Positions 10,833 to 22,277 of a stretch of DNA of 32,000 nucleotides are shown here, one piece after another (position 1 is the first letter of the stretch; each line of letters begins with the position of its first letter). The notes under the pieces were generated by a model. That model was given only the letters and a program-made list of their open reading frames with translations. It ran no database searches and had not been told where the DNA came from. Origin of the DNA: Raphidiopsis brookii D9 (GTDB lineage Bacteria; Cyanobacteriota; Cyanobacteriia; Cyanobacteriales; Nostocaceae); contig ACYB01000035.1 in the NCBI GenBank assembly GCA_000175855.1, positions 270,001-302,000 on the forward strand. Direction: 5' to 3'. The translations under genes were made by a program, and so were the position numbers.

Positions 10833-12236
10833 ATGCCAGCGAATTCCTGGACAGATCAGGACTCCTATACAGCAAATTCTGATGGTCTAGACTCCCTGCT
10901 ATCTGACCTTTCAGCCCAGGGGAAATCCAAAAATGGGATTAAGGATATTTGCTCCTCATCCCGCTTTCAAGGACGCAGACCTAAGGCCATTCTGGTCCTA
11001 ACTATGGTTTGGGGGGGAACTATTGCTTTACATTTAGTTTCCTGGGGTTTTGCTTTTATTCTGGGTCTGACCACTATCTTGGGTGTTCATGCTCTCAGAA
11101 TTATTCTTGTCAGACCCCGCCACCACCATAAGCAAATACAAGGAGATCTACCCTCTGTATCGGTATTAGTCTCGGCTAAAAACGAACAAGCAGTTATTGA
11201 TAGGTTAGTACACAATCTTTGTAGTCTGGAATATCCCCATGGCGAATATGAGGTCTGGCTTATTGATGACCACAGCACAGACAAAACTCCTGAAATATTG
11301 GCACAACTACAGCAAGACTATAAACAACTTAATGTCTTTCGTAGAGATGCTAATGCTACCGGTGGAAAATCTGGGGCGCTAAATCAGGTCTTGCCAATGA
11401 CTAAAGGTGAAATTATTGCCGTATTTGATGCTGATGCCCAAGTTAGTCCGGATTTATTGTTACAGGTTATACCCACTTTTCAACGAGAAAAGGTCGGTGC
11501 TGTACAAGTTAGAAAGGCGATCGCCAATGCCAAGGAAAATTTTTGGACTAGGGGACAAATGGCGGAAATGGCTCTTGACACCTGGTTCCAACAACAACGC
11601 ACTGCTATTGGTGGGTTGGGTGAATTGCGGGGTAATGGTCAGTTTGTGCGTCGGGAAGCTCTCAATGACTGTGGTGGGTGGAATGAGGAAACCATCACTG
11701 ATGATTTGGATTTAACCATTCGCTTAAATCTAACTGGTTGGGATATAGAATGTATGTTCTACCCACCCGTATTGGAAGAGGGTGTAACCAATGTGGTGGC
11801 CCTTTGGCATCAACGTAATCGTTGGGCCGAGGGTGGATACCAGCGTTATTTAGATTACTGGGATCTCATCCTCAAAGGTCGCATGAGAGCAGGTAAAACC
11901 GTTGATTTACTGATTTTTATGCTGATTATGTATATTATACCTACAGCAGCAGTACCGGATTTACTTATGTCTCTGATTCGTCATCGTCCTCCTATATTAG
12001 CGCCTATTACTGGTTTATCTGTAACTATGTCTTTTATTGGCATGTTCTCTGGTTTAAGGCGCACTCGACAAGATCAGAAAAACTCTAATTACTTAATGCT
12101 ACTTTTACAAACTATTCGTGGCAGCGTCTATATGTTGCACTGGTTAGTGGTTATGAGTAGCACTACAGCTAGGGTATCACTACGTCCTAAACGCCTCAAG
12201 TGGGTTAAGACGGTGCATACTGGTTCCCAACATTAA
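10833..12236 (+). CDS. family 2 glycosyltransferase, membrane bound; probable beta-monoglucosyldiacylglycerol synthase
   Basis: VSVLVSAKNEQAVIDRLVHNL, IAVFDADAQV, ETITDDLDLTIRL, QRNRWAEGGYQR plus TM segments; resembles the cyanobacterial MGlcDG synthase type. Specific substrate is inference. Confidence 0.8.
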   Translation: MPANSWTDQDSYTANSDGLDSLLSDLSAQGKSKNGIKDICSSSRFQGRRPKAILVLTMVWGGTIALHLVSWGFAFILGLTTILGVHALRIILVRPRHHHKQIQGDLPSVSVLVSAKNEQAVIDRLVHNLCSLEYPHGEYEVWLIDDHSTDKTPEILAQLQQDYKQLNVFRRDANATGGKSGALNQVLPMTKGEIIAVFDADAQVSPDLLLQVIPTFQREKVGAVQVRKAIANAKENFWTRGQMAEMALDTWFQQQRTAIGGLGELRGNGQFVRREALNDCGGWNEETITDDLDLTIRLNLTGWDIECMFYPPVLEEGVTNVVALWHQRNRWAEGGYQRYLDYWDLILKGRMRAGKTVDLLIFMLIMYIIPTAAVPDLLMSLIRHRPPILAPITGLSVTMSFIGMFSGLRRTRQDQKNSNYLMLLLQTIRGSVYMLHWLVVMSSTTARVSLRPKRLKWVKTVHTGSQH

Positions 12237-12304
12237 TAAAACCTGCATATAGGGAATCTACATATCGGTGGTTCCTTAGCTCTCCATCCCGAAAAACCAT
12301 AATT

Positions 12305-13330
12305 TCAAAGTCTGGATGCAAACAAAGCAGCTCCTATTAATCCTACCTGTTCGTTGACAATTATGTGCACTGGGATATTTTGGAGTAGGGAGGTCATGGT
12401 ACCTCCCTCAACAAAATTTTGTATGAAGTTGCCATTTTGCATCAGGGGTAAATTTCTAGGAGCTATACCACCAGCAATATATAATCCTCCGTAGGGTAAT
12501 AGTTTTAAAGCAAAATTGTGGGCTTCCGCACCATAACAACTGACAAATATTCTCATTGTTTCTATGGACAGGCGATCGCTGTTATTGAGTGCTGCAGTGC
12601 CAATGGTAGCTGCTGGATCAGATCCCCCCTGACCGTTTTCCCAGTTTCTAACAACTTGAGCGATTTCTGGGTTTTCCGCTTCTCCGGTTGTATCTCTGAG
12701 GAACTGGTAAATGGAAATTATCCCCAACCCAGAAACCACCCTTTCTATGGAGGAGCGAGCAATCCCATGCTTATTGAGAATATATTGTAATAGTTTAAAC
12801 TCTAATTCATTCCTGGGAGCAAAATCTCCGTGACCACCCTCTGTGGCAAAAACCTGATAATTTTCACCTTGTTGAATTAAAAATGCTTCTCCTAAACCTG
12901 TCCCAGCCCCGATTACTCCTATGGGTGCACCAGGTTGGGGTGGGACATCTTGTAGTGTAATTAAATCCTGGCTTTGTAAACCTAAAATGCCATAACCAAC
13001 AGCTGCAAAATCATTAATCAGAGACACTGTGCGTATACCCAGTTCCCTGGACAGTATTTCCCCGTCCAAAAACCAGGGGAGATTAGTTAATTGCACCTGA
13101 TTGTTTACCACAGGACCTGCGATCGCAAAACAGGCTGTTTCTGGGTCAAAAATGGTTCCTGTAGAAGTTTGTCCAGCCTCTAGGAAACGAATTACAATTG
13201 GTAATAAATCGTCAAAATCTGCACTACGATAATTGTCCTCATATAGAGTGCGTAAACCGAGAGACGGGGAAAATTCCACCAATCTGAGTCGGGTTCCAGT
13301 ACCACCTATATCTCCAGCTAGTAATTGCAT
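12305..13330 (-). CDS. glk: glucokinase
   Basis: LLAGDIGGTGTRLRLVE, LPWFLDGEIL, SLINDFAAVGYGI, GVIGAGTGLGEAFL, GGIAPRNL. Start MQLLAG at 13330 (or 13342) preferred over 13426. Confidence 0.92.
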   Translation of the reverse strand: MQLLAGDIGGTGTRLRLVEFSPSLGLRTLYEDNYRSADFDDLLPIVIRFLEAGQTSTGTIFDPETACFAIAGPVVNNQVQLTNLPWFLDGEILSRELGIRTVSLINDFAAVGYGILGLQSQDLITLQDVPPQPGAPIGVIGAGTGLGEAFLIQQGENYQVFATEGGHGDFAPRNELEFKLLQYILNKHGIARSSIERVVSGLGIISIYQFLRDTTGEAENPEIAQVVRNWENGQGGSDPAATIGTAALNNSDRLSIETMRIFVSCYGAEAHNFALKLLPYGGLYIAGGIAPRNLPLMQNGNFIQNFVEGGTMTSLLQNIPVHIIVNEQVGLIGAALFASRL

Positions 13331-13472
13331 AAATGATTGCATATAGTGATGTTCTTGTGATTTATTAGTTAGTTTTCCTGTAATACAGCCAATATAATAG
13401 GAGTCAGTGGAAAATTCACCAACCATCTGTTTTATAGCAGATTATCTTTTACGATAGGAACAATTTACAATA

Positions 13473-14510
13473 ATGGTTCAAGAACGCACGTTACCCAAAT
13501 TTGACACCGCCACAGTCCAAATCACCAAAGAAGAGGGGCTGGGACTATACGAGGATATGGTACTAGGACGCTATTTTGAAGATAAATGCGCCGAAATGTA
13601 CTATCGGGGAAAAATGTTTGGGTTTGTCCATTTATATAATGGACAGGAAGCAGTTTCCAGTGGTATAATCAGGGGGGCAATGCGTCCTGGTGAGGACTTT
13701 GTTTCCAGTACCTATCGTGATCACGTCCATGCTTTGAGCGCAGGTGTGCCAGCTAGGGAAGTAATGGCAGAATTGTTTGGCAAGGCCACAGGATGTAGCA
13801 AAGGGCGTGGTGGTTCCATGCACATGTTTTCTGCTGAACATCGGTTATTGGGTGGTTATGCTTTTGTGGCGGAAGGTATTCCGGTAGCATCAGGAGCAGC
13901 CTTTCAAAGTAAATACCGTCGAGAAGTTTTAGGAGATGAGAAAGCGGATCAAGTAACCGCTTGTTTTTTTGGAGATGGAGCTGCAAACAACGGTCAATTT
14001 TTCGAGACCCTAAATATGGCAGCACTGTGGAAACTGCCAATTCTGTTTGTGGTAGAAAATAACAAGTGGGCAATTGGTATGGCACACGAACGGGCAACTT
14101 CCGATCCAGAAATTTACAAAAAAGCTAGTGTGTTTAATATGGTAGGGGTAGAAGTAGATGGCATGGATGTTTTAGCAGTGCGTCAGGTTGCCCAAGAAGC
14201 AGTAGCTAGGGCCCGTGCGGGGGAAGGTCCAACTTTAATTGAGGCCCTTACCTATCGTTTCCGTGGTCACTCCCTAGCTGATCCTGATGAATTGCGTAGT
14301 AAAGAAGAAAAAGAATTTTGGTTTTCTCGCGATCCCATTAAGAAGTTAGGTGCCTATTTAGTGGAGCATAATTTAGCGATAGAATCAGATTTAAAACAGA
14401 TTGAGAAGAAAATACAGAGTTTAATTGAGGATGCAGTCAGTTTTGCCCAGGAGAGTCCTGAGCCTGATTCTAGTGAGTTATATCGCTTCATTTTTGCTGA
14501 AGACGAATAG
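13473..14510 (+). CDS. pdhA: pyruvate dehydrogenase E1 component subunit alpha
   Basis: [58 protein letters not shown] (TPP-binding motif). Confidence 0.95.
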   Translation: MVQERTLPKFDTATVQITKEEGLGLYEDMVLGRYFEDKCAEMYYRGKMFGFVHLYNGQEAVSSGIIRGAMRPGEDFVSSTYRDHVHALSAGVPAREVMAELFGKATGCSKGRGGSMHMFSAEHRLLGGYAFVAEGIPVASGAAFQSKYRREVLGDEKADQVTACFFGDGAANNGQFFETLNMAALWKLPILFVVENNKWAIGMAHERATSDPEIYKKASVFNMVGVEVDGMDVLAVRQVAQEAVARARAGEGPTLIEALTYRFRGHSLADPDELRSKEEKEFWFSRDPIKKLGAYLVEHNLAIESDLKQIEKKIQSLIEDAVSFAQESPEPDSSELYRFIFAEDE

Positions 14511-14637
14511 AAACGGAGAAAGTATCTCCCCAGTTTGGGAAACTGGGGAAGATAAACACTATGATTAAGATCTCCGCCCCTAAACATGGCAAAATAGGGG
14601 GTTGTAATCAAAAAAATATTGTTAAGGTAATTTTTTA

Positions 14638-15756
14638 GTGACTCCAACTGCTCAATCTAAGACAAGTACACGCCGCGTGGTCTTCCCATTCACAGCTATT
14701 GTTGGTCAGGAAGAAATGAAACTAGCCCTGTTGCTCAACGTAATTGACCCTAAAATCGGTGGCGTAATGATTATGGGCGATCGCGGTACTGGTAAATCTA
14801 CCACAATTCGGGCTTTAGCGGATTTATTGCCAGAGATTCCTGTAGTGGCTAATGATCCGTTCAACAGTGATCCTGAGGATCCGGACTTAATGAGTGATGA
14901 AGTACGTCAACAAGTAGCTCAAGGCTTAGAAATTGCCATTGGTCATAAAAAGGTGCAAATGGTGGATTTACCACTGGGTGCAACGGAAGACCGAGTTTGT
15001 GGCACCATTGACATTGAAAAAGCCTTATCCGAAGGTGTGAAAGCGTTTGAACCGGGTTTATTAGCCAAAGCCAATAGGGGTATTCTCTATGTGGATGAAG
15101 TCAACCTATTAGATGACCACTTAGTGGATGTACTGCTTGATTCTGCTGCTAGTGGTTGGAACACTGTGGAAAGGGAAGGTATTTCCATTCGTCATCCAGC
15201 GCGATTTGTATTGGTTGGTTCAGGAAATCCAGAAGAAGGGGAACTGCGTCCCCAGCTCCTTGACCGGTTTGGGATGCACGCAGAAATTCACACTGTCAAA
15301 GAACCGGCTTTGCGGGTACAAATTGTGGAACAACGCTCAGAATTTGATCAAAATCCGGCTCAGTTTTTGGAGAATTATCAATTTCAGCAAGAGTCATTGC
15401 AGCAGCAAATTGTCAGTTCACAGGAGCTATTACCAAAGGTAAATATTGATTATGATATGCGAGTCAAAATTTCCGAGGTTTGTTCCCAGTTAGATGTGGA
15501 TGGATTGAGGGGAGACATTGTGACTAATCGTGCAGCTAAGGCTCTAACTGCATTTGAAGGACGGACAGAAGTTACAGTGGAAGATATTCGTCGAGTCATC
15601 ACGTTGTGCTTACGTCATCGTCTACGTAAAGATCCTTTAGAGTCCATAGATTCTGGATATAAAGTAGAAAAAGCTTTTGCTCGTGTTTTTGGCGTGGAAC
15701 TAGCGGAGGATGTAGCAGGCAAAAATGGCACTGGGATGAGAAGTGGAGTTCGTTAA
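14638..15756 (+). CDS. chlI: magnesium chelatase ATPase subunit I (GTG start)
   Basis: [19 protein letters not shown], Walker [38 protein letters not shown]. Confidence 0.95.
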   Translation: MTPTAQSKTSTRRVVFPFTAIVGQEEMKLALLLNVIDPKIGGVMIMGDRGTGKSTTIRALADLLPEIPVVANDPFNSDPEDPDLMSDEVRQQVAQGLEIAIGHKKVQMVDLPLGATEDRVCGTIDIEKALSEGVKAFEPGLLAKANRGILYVDEVNLLDDHLVDVLLDSAASGWNTVEREGISIRHPARFVLVGSGNPEEGELRPQLLDRFGMHAEIHTVKEPALRVQIVEQRSEFDQNPAQFLENYQFQQESLQQQIVSSQELLPKVNIDYDMRVKISEVCSQLDVDGLRGDIVTNRAAKALTAFEGRTEVTVEDIRRVITLCLRHRLRKDPLESIDSGYKVEKAFARVFGVELAEDVAGKNGTGMRSGVR

Positions 15757-15855
15757 ACCAAACTATAATGGGAGTTAAGGGTTGGTATCAAAACCAAAAA
15801 GAATGGAATTGGAAAAGAGATCATCAAAACAACACTCCCAAGCAGGCTATAGGAA

Positions 15856-16914
15856 ATGACACAAATGAAAGCAAACTCAGAACCATCCACAGATAAAACC
15901 TTGGACAGAGATTGTACAACCCTGTCCCGTCACGTTCTGCAACAGATGGAAAGCTTTGACTCCCAAGCCCAAGACCTAAGTGCCCTAATGAATCGTATTG
16001 CTTTAGCTGGTAAACTAATCGCTCGTAGATTCACCCGTGCGGGATTAATGGAGGATGTTTTAGGTTTTACGGGAGAAACCAATATCCAAGGTGAAACCGT
16101 CAAAAAAATGGACATCTATGCCAACGAAGTATTTATATCCGTCTTCAAGCAAAGTGGATTAGTTTGCCGTCTTGCTTCCGAAGAAATGGAAAAACCTTAC
16201 TACATTCCAGAAAACTGCCCAATTGGACGTTACACCCTATTATATGATCCCATTGATGGTTCATCTAACACCGACATCAACTTGAGCTTGGGTTCAATTT
16301 TTGCCATTCGACAACAGGAAGGAACAGATTTAGACGGGGAAGCAAAAGACCTCTTAAACCATGGTAGAAAACAACTAGCGGCTGGATATATACTATACGG
16401 ACCCAGTACCATGTTGGTATATAGTATAGGTAAAGGGGTACATTTTTTCACTTTAGATCCTAGTTTAGGAGAGTTTATTCTTACAGAAGAAAATGTAAAA
16501 ATTCCTCAGCATGGGCCTGTATATAGTGTAAACGAAGGCAACTTTTGGCAGTGGGAGGAACCATTTAGGGAATATATTCGCTACGTTCACCGCACGGAAG
16601 GCTATACAGCACGTTATAGTGGGGCTATGGTTAGTGATATTCATCGGATACTAGTGCAAGGTGGTGTATTTCTGTATCCTGGGACATTACAAAAACCAGA
16701 AGGTAAGTTAAGATTATTATATGAGAATGCACCGTTAGCATTTCTGATAGAACAAGCGGGAGGTCGTGCTAGTAATGGAGAAATAGATATTTTAGACTTA
16801 GTGCCCACCAAATTACACCAACGAACACCGCTAATTATCGGTAGTAAAGAAGATGTAGCCAAAGTAGAGTCGTTTTTAGGCAAGGATTTAGTAGAGAAAG
16901 TTACCAAGTCCTAA
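15856..16914 (+). CDS. fbp: class 1 fructose-1,6-bisphosphatase
   Basis: [44 protein letters not shown], 352 aa. Confidence 0.95.
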   Translation: MTQMKANSEPSTDKTLDRDCTTLSRHVLQQMESFDSQAQDLSALMNRIALAGKLIARRFTRAGLMEDVLGFTGETNIQGETVKKMDIYANEVFISVFKQSGLVCRLASEEMEKPYYIPENCPIGRYTLLYDPIDGSSNTDINLSLGSIFAIRQQEGTDLDGEAKDLLNHGRKQLAAGYILYGPSTMLVYSIGKGVHFFTLDPSLGEFILTEENVKIPQHGPVYSVNEGNFWQWEEPFREYIRYVHRTEGYTARYSGAMVSDIHRILVQGGVFLYPGTLQKPEGKLRLLYENAPLAFLIEQAGGRASNGEIDILDLVPTKLHQRTPLIIGSKEDVAKVESFLGKDLVEKVTKS

Positions 16915-17109
16915 CCTGGAAAGTATGAAATTAGATAGAGATCCATAATCTTCCAGTCCAGCATGAACTCTTTAAAAGAGAAAATCAAGATATTGTCACC
17001 AGTATGGGTATTGTTAATGGAAGGGTACGTCCAGGAAATCTGGTTGGTGTAACCATTACATAAAGCATTACCCGATGTCAAAATTAAAAATCTCAACCCT
17101 TAAATCCCT

Positions 17110-18639
17110 ATGGTCAGTTTGTTAGAAAATCCCTTGCGCGTTGGGTTACAACAACAGGGGATGGCAGAACCGCAAATTATTGTGATTTTTGGTGCTTCCG
17201 GTGATTTAACCTGGCGTAAACTCGTTCCTGCTCTGTTCAAACTCCGTCAAGAAAGACGTATTCCCCCAGAAACCACAATTGTAGGTGTGGCCCGTCGTGA
17301 CTGGAGTCATAACTATTTTCGGGAACAGATGGAAAAAGGCATGTTAGAAGCCCATCCTAAAGTCGAATTAGGAGAGCTTTGGCAGAACTTTTGTCAAGGC
17401 TTATTCTACTGTGCGGGTGATATAGACAACTCAGAAAGTTATCAAAAACTGAAAAATTTCCTCGCCGAACTTGATCCCCAGCGGGGAACAAGGGGGAATC
17501 GGATGTTTTACCTTTCGGTGGCTCCTAATTTTTTCCCGGAAGCAATTAAGCAATTGGGGGGAGCGGGAATGTTAGAAGACCCATACAAACACCGTCTAGT
17601 CATTGAAAAACCCTTTGGTAGGGATTTAGCATCAGCACAAAGCCTGAACCAAGTAGTACAAAAGGTTTGTAAAGAGAACCAGGTCTACCGTATCGACCAC
17701 TATTTGGGCAAGGAAACGGTTCAAAATTTACTGGTATTCCGATTTGCCAATGCTATCTTTGAACCTCTGTGGAATAGGCAATTTGTGGATCATGTCCAGA
17801 TCACCGTTGCGGAAACCGTAGGTGTGGAAGATCGGGCAGGATACTACGAGAAGTCCGGAGCTTTACGGGATATGCTGCAAAATCACCTGATGCAGCTTTA
17901 TTGTTTGACAGCTATGGAAGCACCTAATTCCATGGATGCAGATAGTATCCGTACGGAAAAAGTAAAGGTATTACAAGCTACTAGATTAGCTGATGTTAAT
18001 AACTTATCCCGTTCTGCTATTCGGGGACAATATAGTAGGGGGTGGATGAAAGGACAGCCAGTTGCTGGGTATCGGGAAGAACCGGGGGTAGGTCCTAAAT
18101 CAACAACACCCACCTATGTGGCCATGAAATTTGTGGTCGATAACTGGAGATGGCAAGGAGTGCCTTTTTACCTGCGAACTGGTAAAAGGATGCCGAAAAA
18201 AGTGAGTGAAATTTCTATTCATTTTCGGGAAGTTCCTTCCAAAATGTTCGCCTCTGCGGCCTTGCAAGCAAATGCTAATATTTTAACCATGCGTCTCCAA
18301 CCTAATGAGGGTATTTCCTTACGTTTTGAGGTAAAAATGCCTGGTGGAGATTTCCGCACTCGTTCTGTGGATATGGATTTCACTTACGGTTCTTTTGGTA
18401 TAGAAGCCACATCAGATGCTTATGATCGGCTCTTTTTAGACTGTATGATGGGGGATCAAACCCTATTTACTCGTTCAGATGAAGTGGAGGCAGCTTGGCG
18501 TGTAGTAACACCTGCTCTTTCTGTATGGGATTTACCATCAGATCCTGGCACAGTGCCTCAATACGAAGCAGGTACTTGGGAACCAGCAGAAGCGGAATTA
18601 CTGATTAATCAAGATGGTCGTCGTTGGCGCAGACTCTAG
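17110..18639 (+). CDS. zwf: glucose-6-phosphate 1-dehydrogenase
   Basis: [40 protein letters not shown]-terminal family sequence; 509 aa. Confidence 0.96.
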   Translation: MVSLLENPLRVGLQQQGMAEPQIIVIFGASGDLTWRKLVPALFKLRQERRIPPETTIVGVARRDWSHNYFREQMEKGMLEAHPKVELGELWQNFCQGLFYCAGDIDNSESYQKLKNFLAELDPQRGTRGNRMFYLSVAPNFFPEAIKQLGGAGMLEDPYKHRLVIEKPFGRDLASAQSLNQVVQKVCKENQVYRIDHYLGKETVQNLLVFRFANAIFEPLWNRQFVDHVQITVAETVGVEDRAGYYEKSGALRDMLQNHLMQLYCLTAMEAPNSMDADSIRTEKVKVLQATRLADVNNLSRSAIRGQYSRGWMKGQPVAGYREEPGVGPKSTTPTYVAMKFVVDNWRWQGVPFYLRTGKRMPKKVSEISIHFREVPSKMFASAALQANANILTMRLQPNEGISLRFEVKMPGGDFRTRSVDMDFTYGSFGIEATSDAYDRLFLDCMMGDQTLFTRSDEVEAAWRVVTPALSVWDLPSDPGTVPQYEAGTWEPAEAELLINQDGRRWRRL

Positions 18640-18666
18640 AATCACAAATCCAAACAGACAAAAAAT

Positions 18667-20037
18667 ATGGTAACTGAAACTTCTACAATTTATTCCCTGC
18701 AAGCACCTAAAGACATTTCCGTGACGGATATTGAAAATGAACTGGCTCAGATTTGGCAAAGTTATGGTATTCAGGGTCAAAATGGAACTTTACCAGCAGC
18801 TATTCGTGCTACCACGTTTACTCTAGTGGTGTATGAGCCAGAAGAAACCCAGTATCTATTGGCAGCAACTGGTTTTTATACTGGTCCAATTGATGGTATT
18901 TTGGGACCTCACACCAAAACTTCCATTCGAGAGGTTCAGAAAAAACACGGTCTGTCGGAAACTGGTATTCCTACACCAGAAACCATTAGTGTCCTACGGA
19001 AAGAATATTTCAAACTTCAGCATACTGGAGAACCCGGAGACAGTCCTGGTGCGGCCATGCCTTATACTCACAGTCCTACCAGTCCCACTATTGCTGATGA
19101 AATTGCTTTGCGTAATCCTTGTCGAATTATTACTTTATGTCCCATCGCAGGGGAAGATGAAGGGGTAAAAGCACAGGTTTCTGCTTACTGTCCAATTCAA
19201 AAACAAAGTTCCAGCACCCTGGTTTGTTGTGAATATATCAATCTCACGGGAACTACCACAGCGCTGGAACGAATTGGTGGTATGATCCCAGCTTTATTAA
19301 TTGGCGGATTACCCAAATTTTTATGGTGGAAAGCTACTCCTGACTCCCAAAACCCCCTATTTAAGCGCTTAGCAGCAGTTTGTAATAATGTAATTGTTGA
19401 TTCCTGTAACTTTAATTCTCCCGAAAAGGATTTATTAACTCTACAGGATTTGGCGGATACAGGTGTACCACTGGCTGACTTGAATTGGCGAAGACTTTCT
19501 GCATGGCAGGAACTAACCGCTGAAGCTTATGACGCGCCTCAACGTAGGGCAGCTTTAAGGCAAGTTGATCGGGTGAATATTGATTATGAAAAGGGAAATC
19601 CCGCTCAAGCCCTATTATTTTTGGGTTGGTTAGCCAGTCGTTTAGAATGGGAACCGGTTTCTTACCAGAAGGAATTGGGGGACTATGACATTACCAATAT
19701 TGTTTTTGTATCAAAAGATCAAAGACAAATAGCAGCTGAGTTGGCAGGCGTTCCAGTTGCTGATATTGGCGAAATCGTAGGTGACTTAATTGCTCTACGA
19801 TTAAGTTCTTCTAATACTGAAGCTAATTGTGGTACAGTGATCTGTACGGAAACAGGTGGATGTATGAGAATGGAAACTCAGGGTGGAGCCCAGAGTGCTG
19901 GATTGTTTCAACAGGTTAATTCCCTTGCAGAACAAAAACCGGAGTTCTTATTAAGTCAACAAGTGCAGCGTTGGGGTCGTGAAGCTTTGTTTGAAGAAAG
20001 TCTACAGGTAATTACCAAAACCATGAAGTTGCTTTAG
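18667..20037 (+). CDS. opcA: glucose-6-phosphate dehydrogenase assembly protein OpcA
   Basis: Immediately downstream of zwf; contains a peptidoglycan-binding-like segment (TGPIDGILGPHTKTSIREVQKKHGL) and an OpcA-like C-terminal region, the usual cyanobacterial arrangement. Confidence 0.92.
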   Translation: MVTETSTIYSLQAPKDISVTDIENELAQIWQSYGIQGQNGTLPAAIRATTFTLVVYEPEETQYLLAATGFYTGPIDGILGPHTKTSIREVQKKHGLSETGIPTPETISVLRKEYFKLQHTGEPGDSPGAAMPYTHSPTSPTIADEIALRNPCRIITLCPIAGEDEGVKAQVSAYCPIQKQSSSTLVCCEYINLTGTTTALERIGGMIPALLIGGLPKFLWWKATPDSQNPLFKRLAAVCNNVIVDSCNFNSPEKDLLTLQDLADTGVPLADLNWRRLSAWQELTAEAYDAPQRRAALRQVDRVNIDYEKGNPAQALLFLGWLASRLEWEPVSYQKELGDYDITNIVFVSKDQRQIAAELAGVPVADIGEIVGDLIALRLSSSNTEANCGTVICTETGGCMRMETQGGAQSAGLFQQVNSLAEQKPEFLLSQQVQRWGREALFEESLQVITKTMKLL

Positions 20038-20051
20038 TTGCACCGGTTTTT

Positions 20052-20085
20052 TCACCAGTATTAACCACAGGGAAAATACTGGTGA
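20052..20085 (+). terminator. perfect 11-bp inverted repeat downstream of opcA; possible terminator/attenuator
   Basis: tcaccagtatt (20052-20062) / aatactggtga (20075-20085), 12-nt loop; no clear T-tract directly 3'. Confidence 0.4.
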
Positions 20086-20306
20086 GATTAATCCCTTGAT
20101 ATTTCAGATAATTCTTGCTATAATGAATGTAATGTAGTTTCATCTTATATTGTCCGCTTGCTGCTATACAAATCCTAAAACGCGTTAATAAAGAACCCTT
20201 AGTGATTTTTTAAGAAGTTATATGAAAAGTTATATATTAATACTGATTGAGCGGAATGTGAGATCAGGTATAAATAAATTTCGGAGATTTGATAATAATT
20301 AGTTCC

Positions 20307-22153
20307 ATGAATCTTGAACAGAAAGATCCTTGTTTTGAAAGGTTGCTCACTTACATTAGACAAAATCGAGGTTTTGACTTTACCGGTTATAAACGATCTA
20401 CGCTGGTTAGGAGAGTAACTAAACGCATTCAAGCACTAAATATAGACAACTTTATAGACTATATGGACTATCTAGAAGTTGATCCAGAAGAATTTCATAA
20501 TCTGTTCAATACAATTTTAATCAATGTAACTGATTTTTTTCGGGATGTTTCAGCTTGGGATCACCTGGGAAATCAAGTGATCCCTAATATTATTAAAAGA
20601 CAAAAAAAAAGAATGAACAAATTCGTATATGGTGTGCTGGTTGTGCTTCCGGGGAAGAAGCTTATACCTTAGCTATACTGATGGCTGAAAATCTGGGTGC
20701 AGAAGATTTTCGTCAGCGAGTAAAAATTTATGCTACAGACATAGATGAAGAAGCTCTTAATCAGGCCCGACAAGCATTATTCTCTGTCAAAAGTGTTGAA
20801 TCTGTACCTAGAAAATTCCGTGATAAGTATTTTGATTTGACGGGAAATAATTATATTTTCCGTCAGGATTTACGCCGTTCTGTGATTTTTGGCAGGCACA
20901 ATCTATTTATTGATGCCCCTATTTCTCGTTTAGACCTATTAGTATGTCGGAATACATTAATGTATTTTAACTCCGAGATTCAGGGTCGTATTATGGCTAG
21001 ATTTCATTTCGCTTTGAATGATACTGGTTATCTGTTTTTAGGAAAAGCAGAAATGTTGTTAATGTATTCTAGTTTGTTTATGCCTGTAGATTTAAAAAAT
21101 AGAGTATTTACTAAGTTATCATCAACAAACATACGCGATCGCCTGCTAGTTATGGCCAACTCGGTAGATGACGAATCCAGTCGTCAGTTATCTCAAAACA
21201 TTCGTCTGCGAGATTTAGCTTTTGAGTCAGCACCCGTAGCAGAAATAGTGATTGATATCAATGGTTTATTAATCATTATTAATGAAGCAGCTCGCAATTT
21301 ATTTGGCTTGTCAAAGATGGATTTAGAGCGTCAGTTTTATGAGCTGGAGCTTTCCTATCGTCCCATAGAATTGCGTTCTTTAATTGAGCGAGCATATAAT
21401 GAGCGTCGTCCCATTACTTTAAACAGTATAGAACGCTATGTTCCCAATTCAGAACAACAGTATTTCGATGTGTTAATTACACCCTTGCAAGAGGATGATT
21501 TGAGTTTATTAGGAGTGAGCATTGCTTTTAATGATGTTACTCGTTATGTCGAGCTACAGGAAGCATTACAACGTTCTCGTCAAGATTTGGAAACAACTAA
21601 TGAAGAATTGCAATCTACTAATGAAGAACTAGAAACAACCAATGAGGAACTGCAATCTACCAATGAAGAGCTAGAAACCACTAATGAGGAGCTGCAATCC
21701 ACTAATCAAGAACTGGAAACTATGAATGAAGAATTGCAGTCTGCCAATGAGGAGCTGCAAACTATCAATCACGAATTAAGCGAACGTACCTTAGAGCTGA
21801 ATCGAAACAATGTTTTTATCAATTGTATTCTCAAGAGCTTACAAAAAGGTATAGTAGTCATTGATAGAAACTTTAGTATTTTAAACTGGAACGAATTGGT
21901 AGAAGACTTATGGGGACTGCGTTATGATGAAGTAATCAATAAATCTCTATTTAGTCTGGATATTAGTTTACCCGTAGAGGAATTGCGATCGCCCATATTA
22001 GATATTATTTCTGGTAAGACGGATTTCCAGGAAGTGAGCATAGAGTCTACCAATCGTCGAGGTAGAATTATCCAGTGTTATATAGCTCTAACCCCCCTGA
22101 TTGATAAAAAAATAGAGGGAGTGGTTTTAATTATGAGCGATTCTCAAAATTAA
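20307..22153 (+). pseudogene. CheR-type methyltransferase with coiled-coil and PAS domains, split by a frame change at an A9 run (about 20602-20610)
   Basis: Frame 0: MNLEQKDPCFERLLTYIRQNRGFDFTGYKRSTLVRRVTKRI...FNTILINVTDFFRD. Frame 2 after the A-run: NEQIRIWCAGCASGEEAYTLAILMAENLGAEDFRQRVKIYATDIDEEAL... (SAM-binding site), then heptads and a PAS domain. Confidence 0.8.
21590..21778 (+). repeat. nine 21-bp units encoding coiled-coil heptads (ETTNEEL/QSTNEEL)
   Basis: Consecutive 21-nt units reading LQSTNEELETTNEELQSTNEELETTNEELQSTNQELETMNEELQSANEELQTINHEL. Confidence 0.9.
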
Positions 22154-22277
22154 GATGGTTGAGATAAATTTTTTCCTCACAAGTTCCTCAAGTTTTATTC
22201 GTATAAAAGAAATTGTCAAGATAAAAACGCAGAAGCAGTAAATCAACACATTCGTAGTTTTCTAGGGAGTCAAGATC

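Noticed and set aside
16911-17096. Minus-strand ORF (61 aa) between fbp and zwf
   Set aside because: No recognisable features; the + strand frame of the same interval looks more protein-like, so this ORF is probably fortuitous.
20199-20432. Minus-strand ORF overlapping the CheR N-terminus
   Set aside because: Antisense to a clearly family-like sequence, with AT-rich fortuitous composition.
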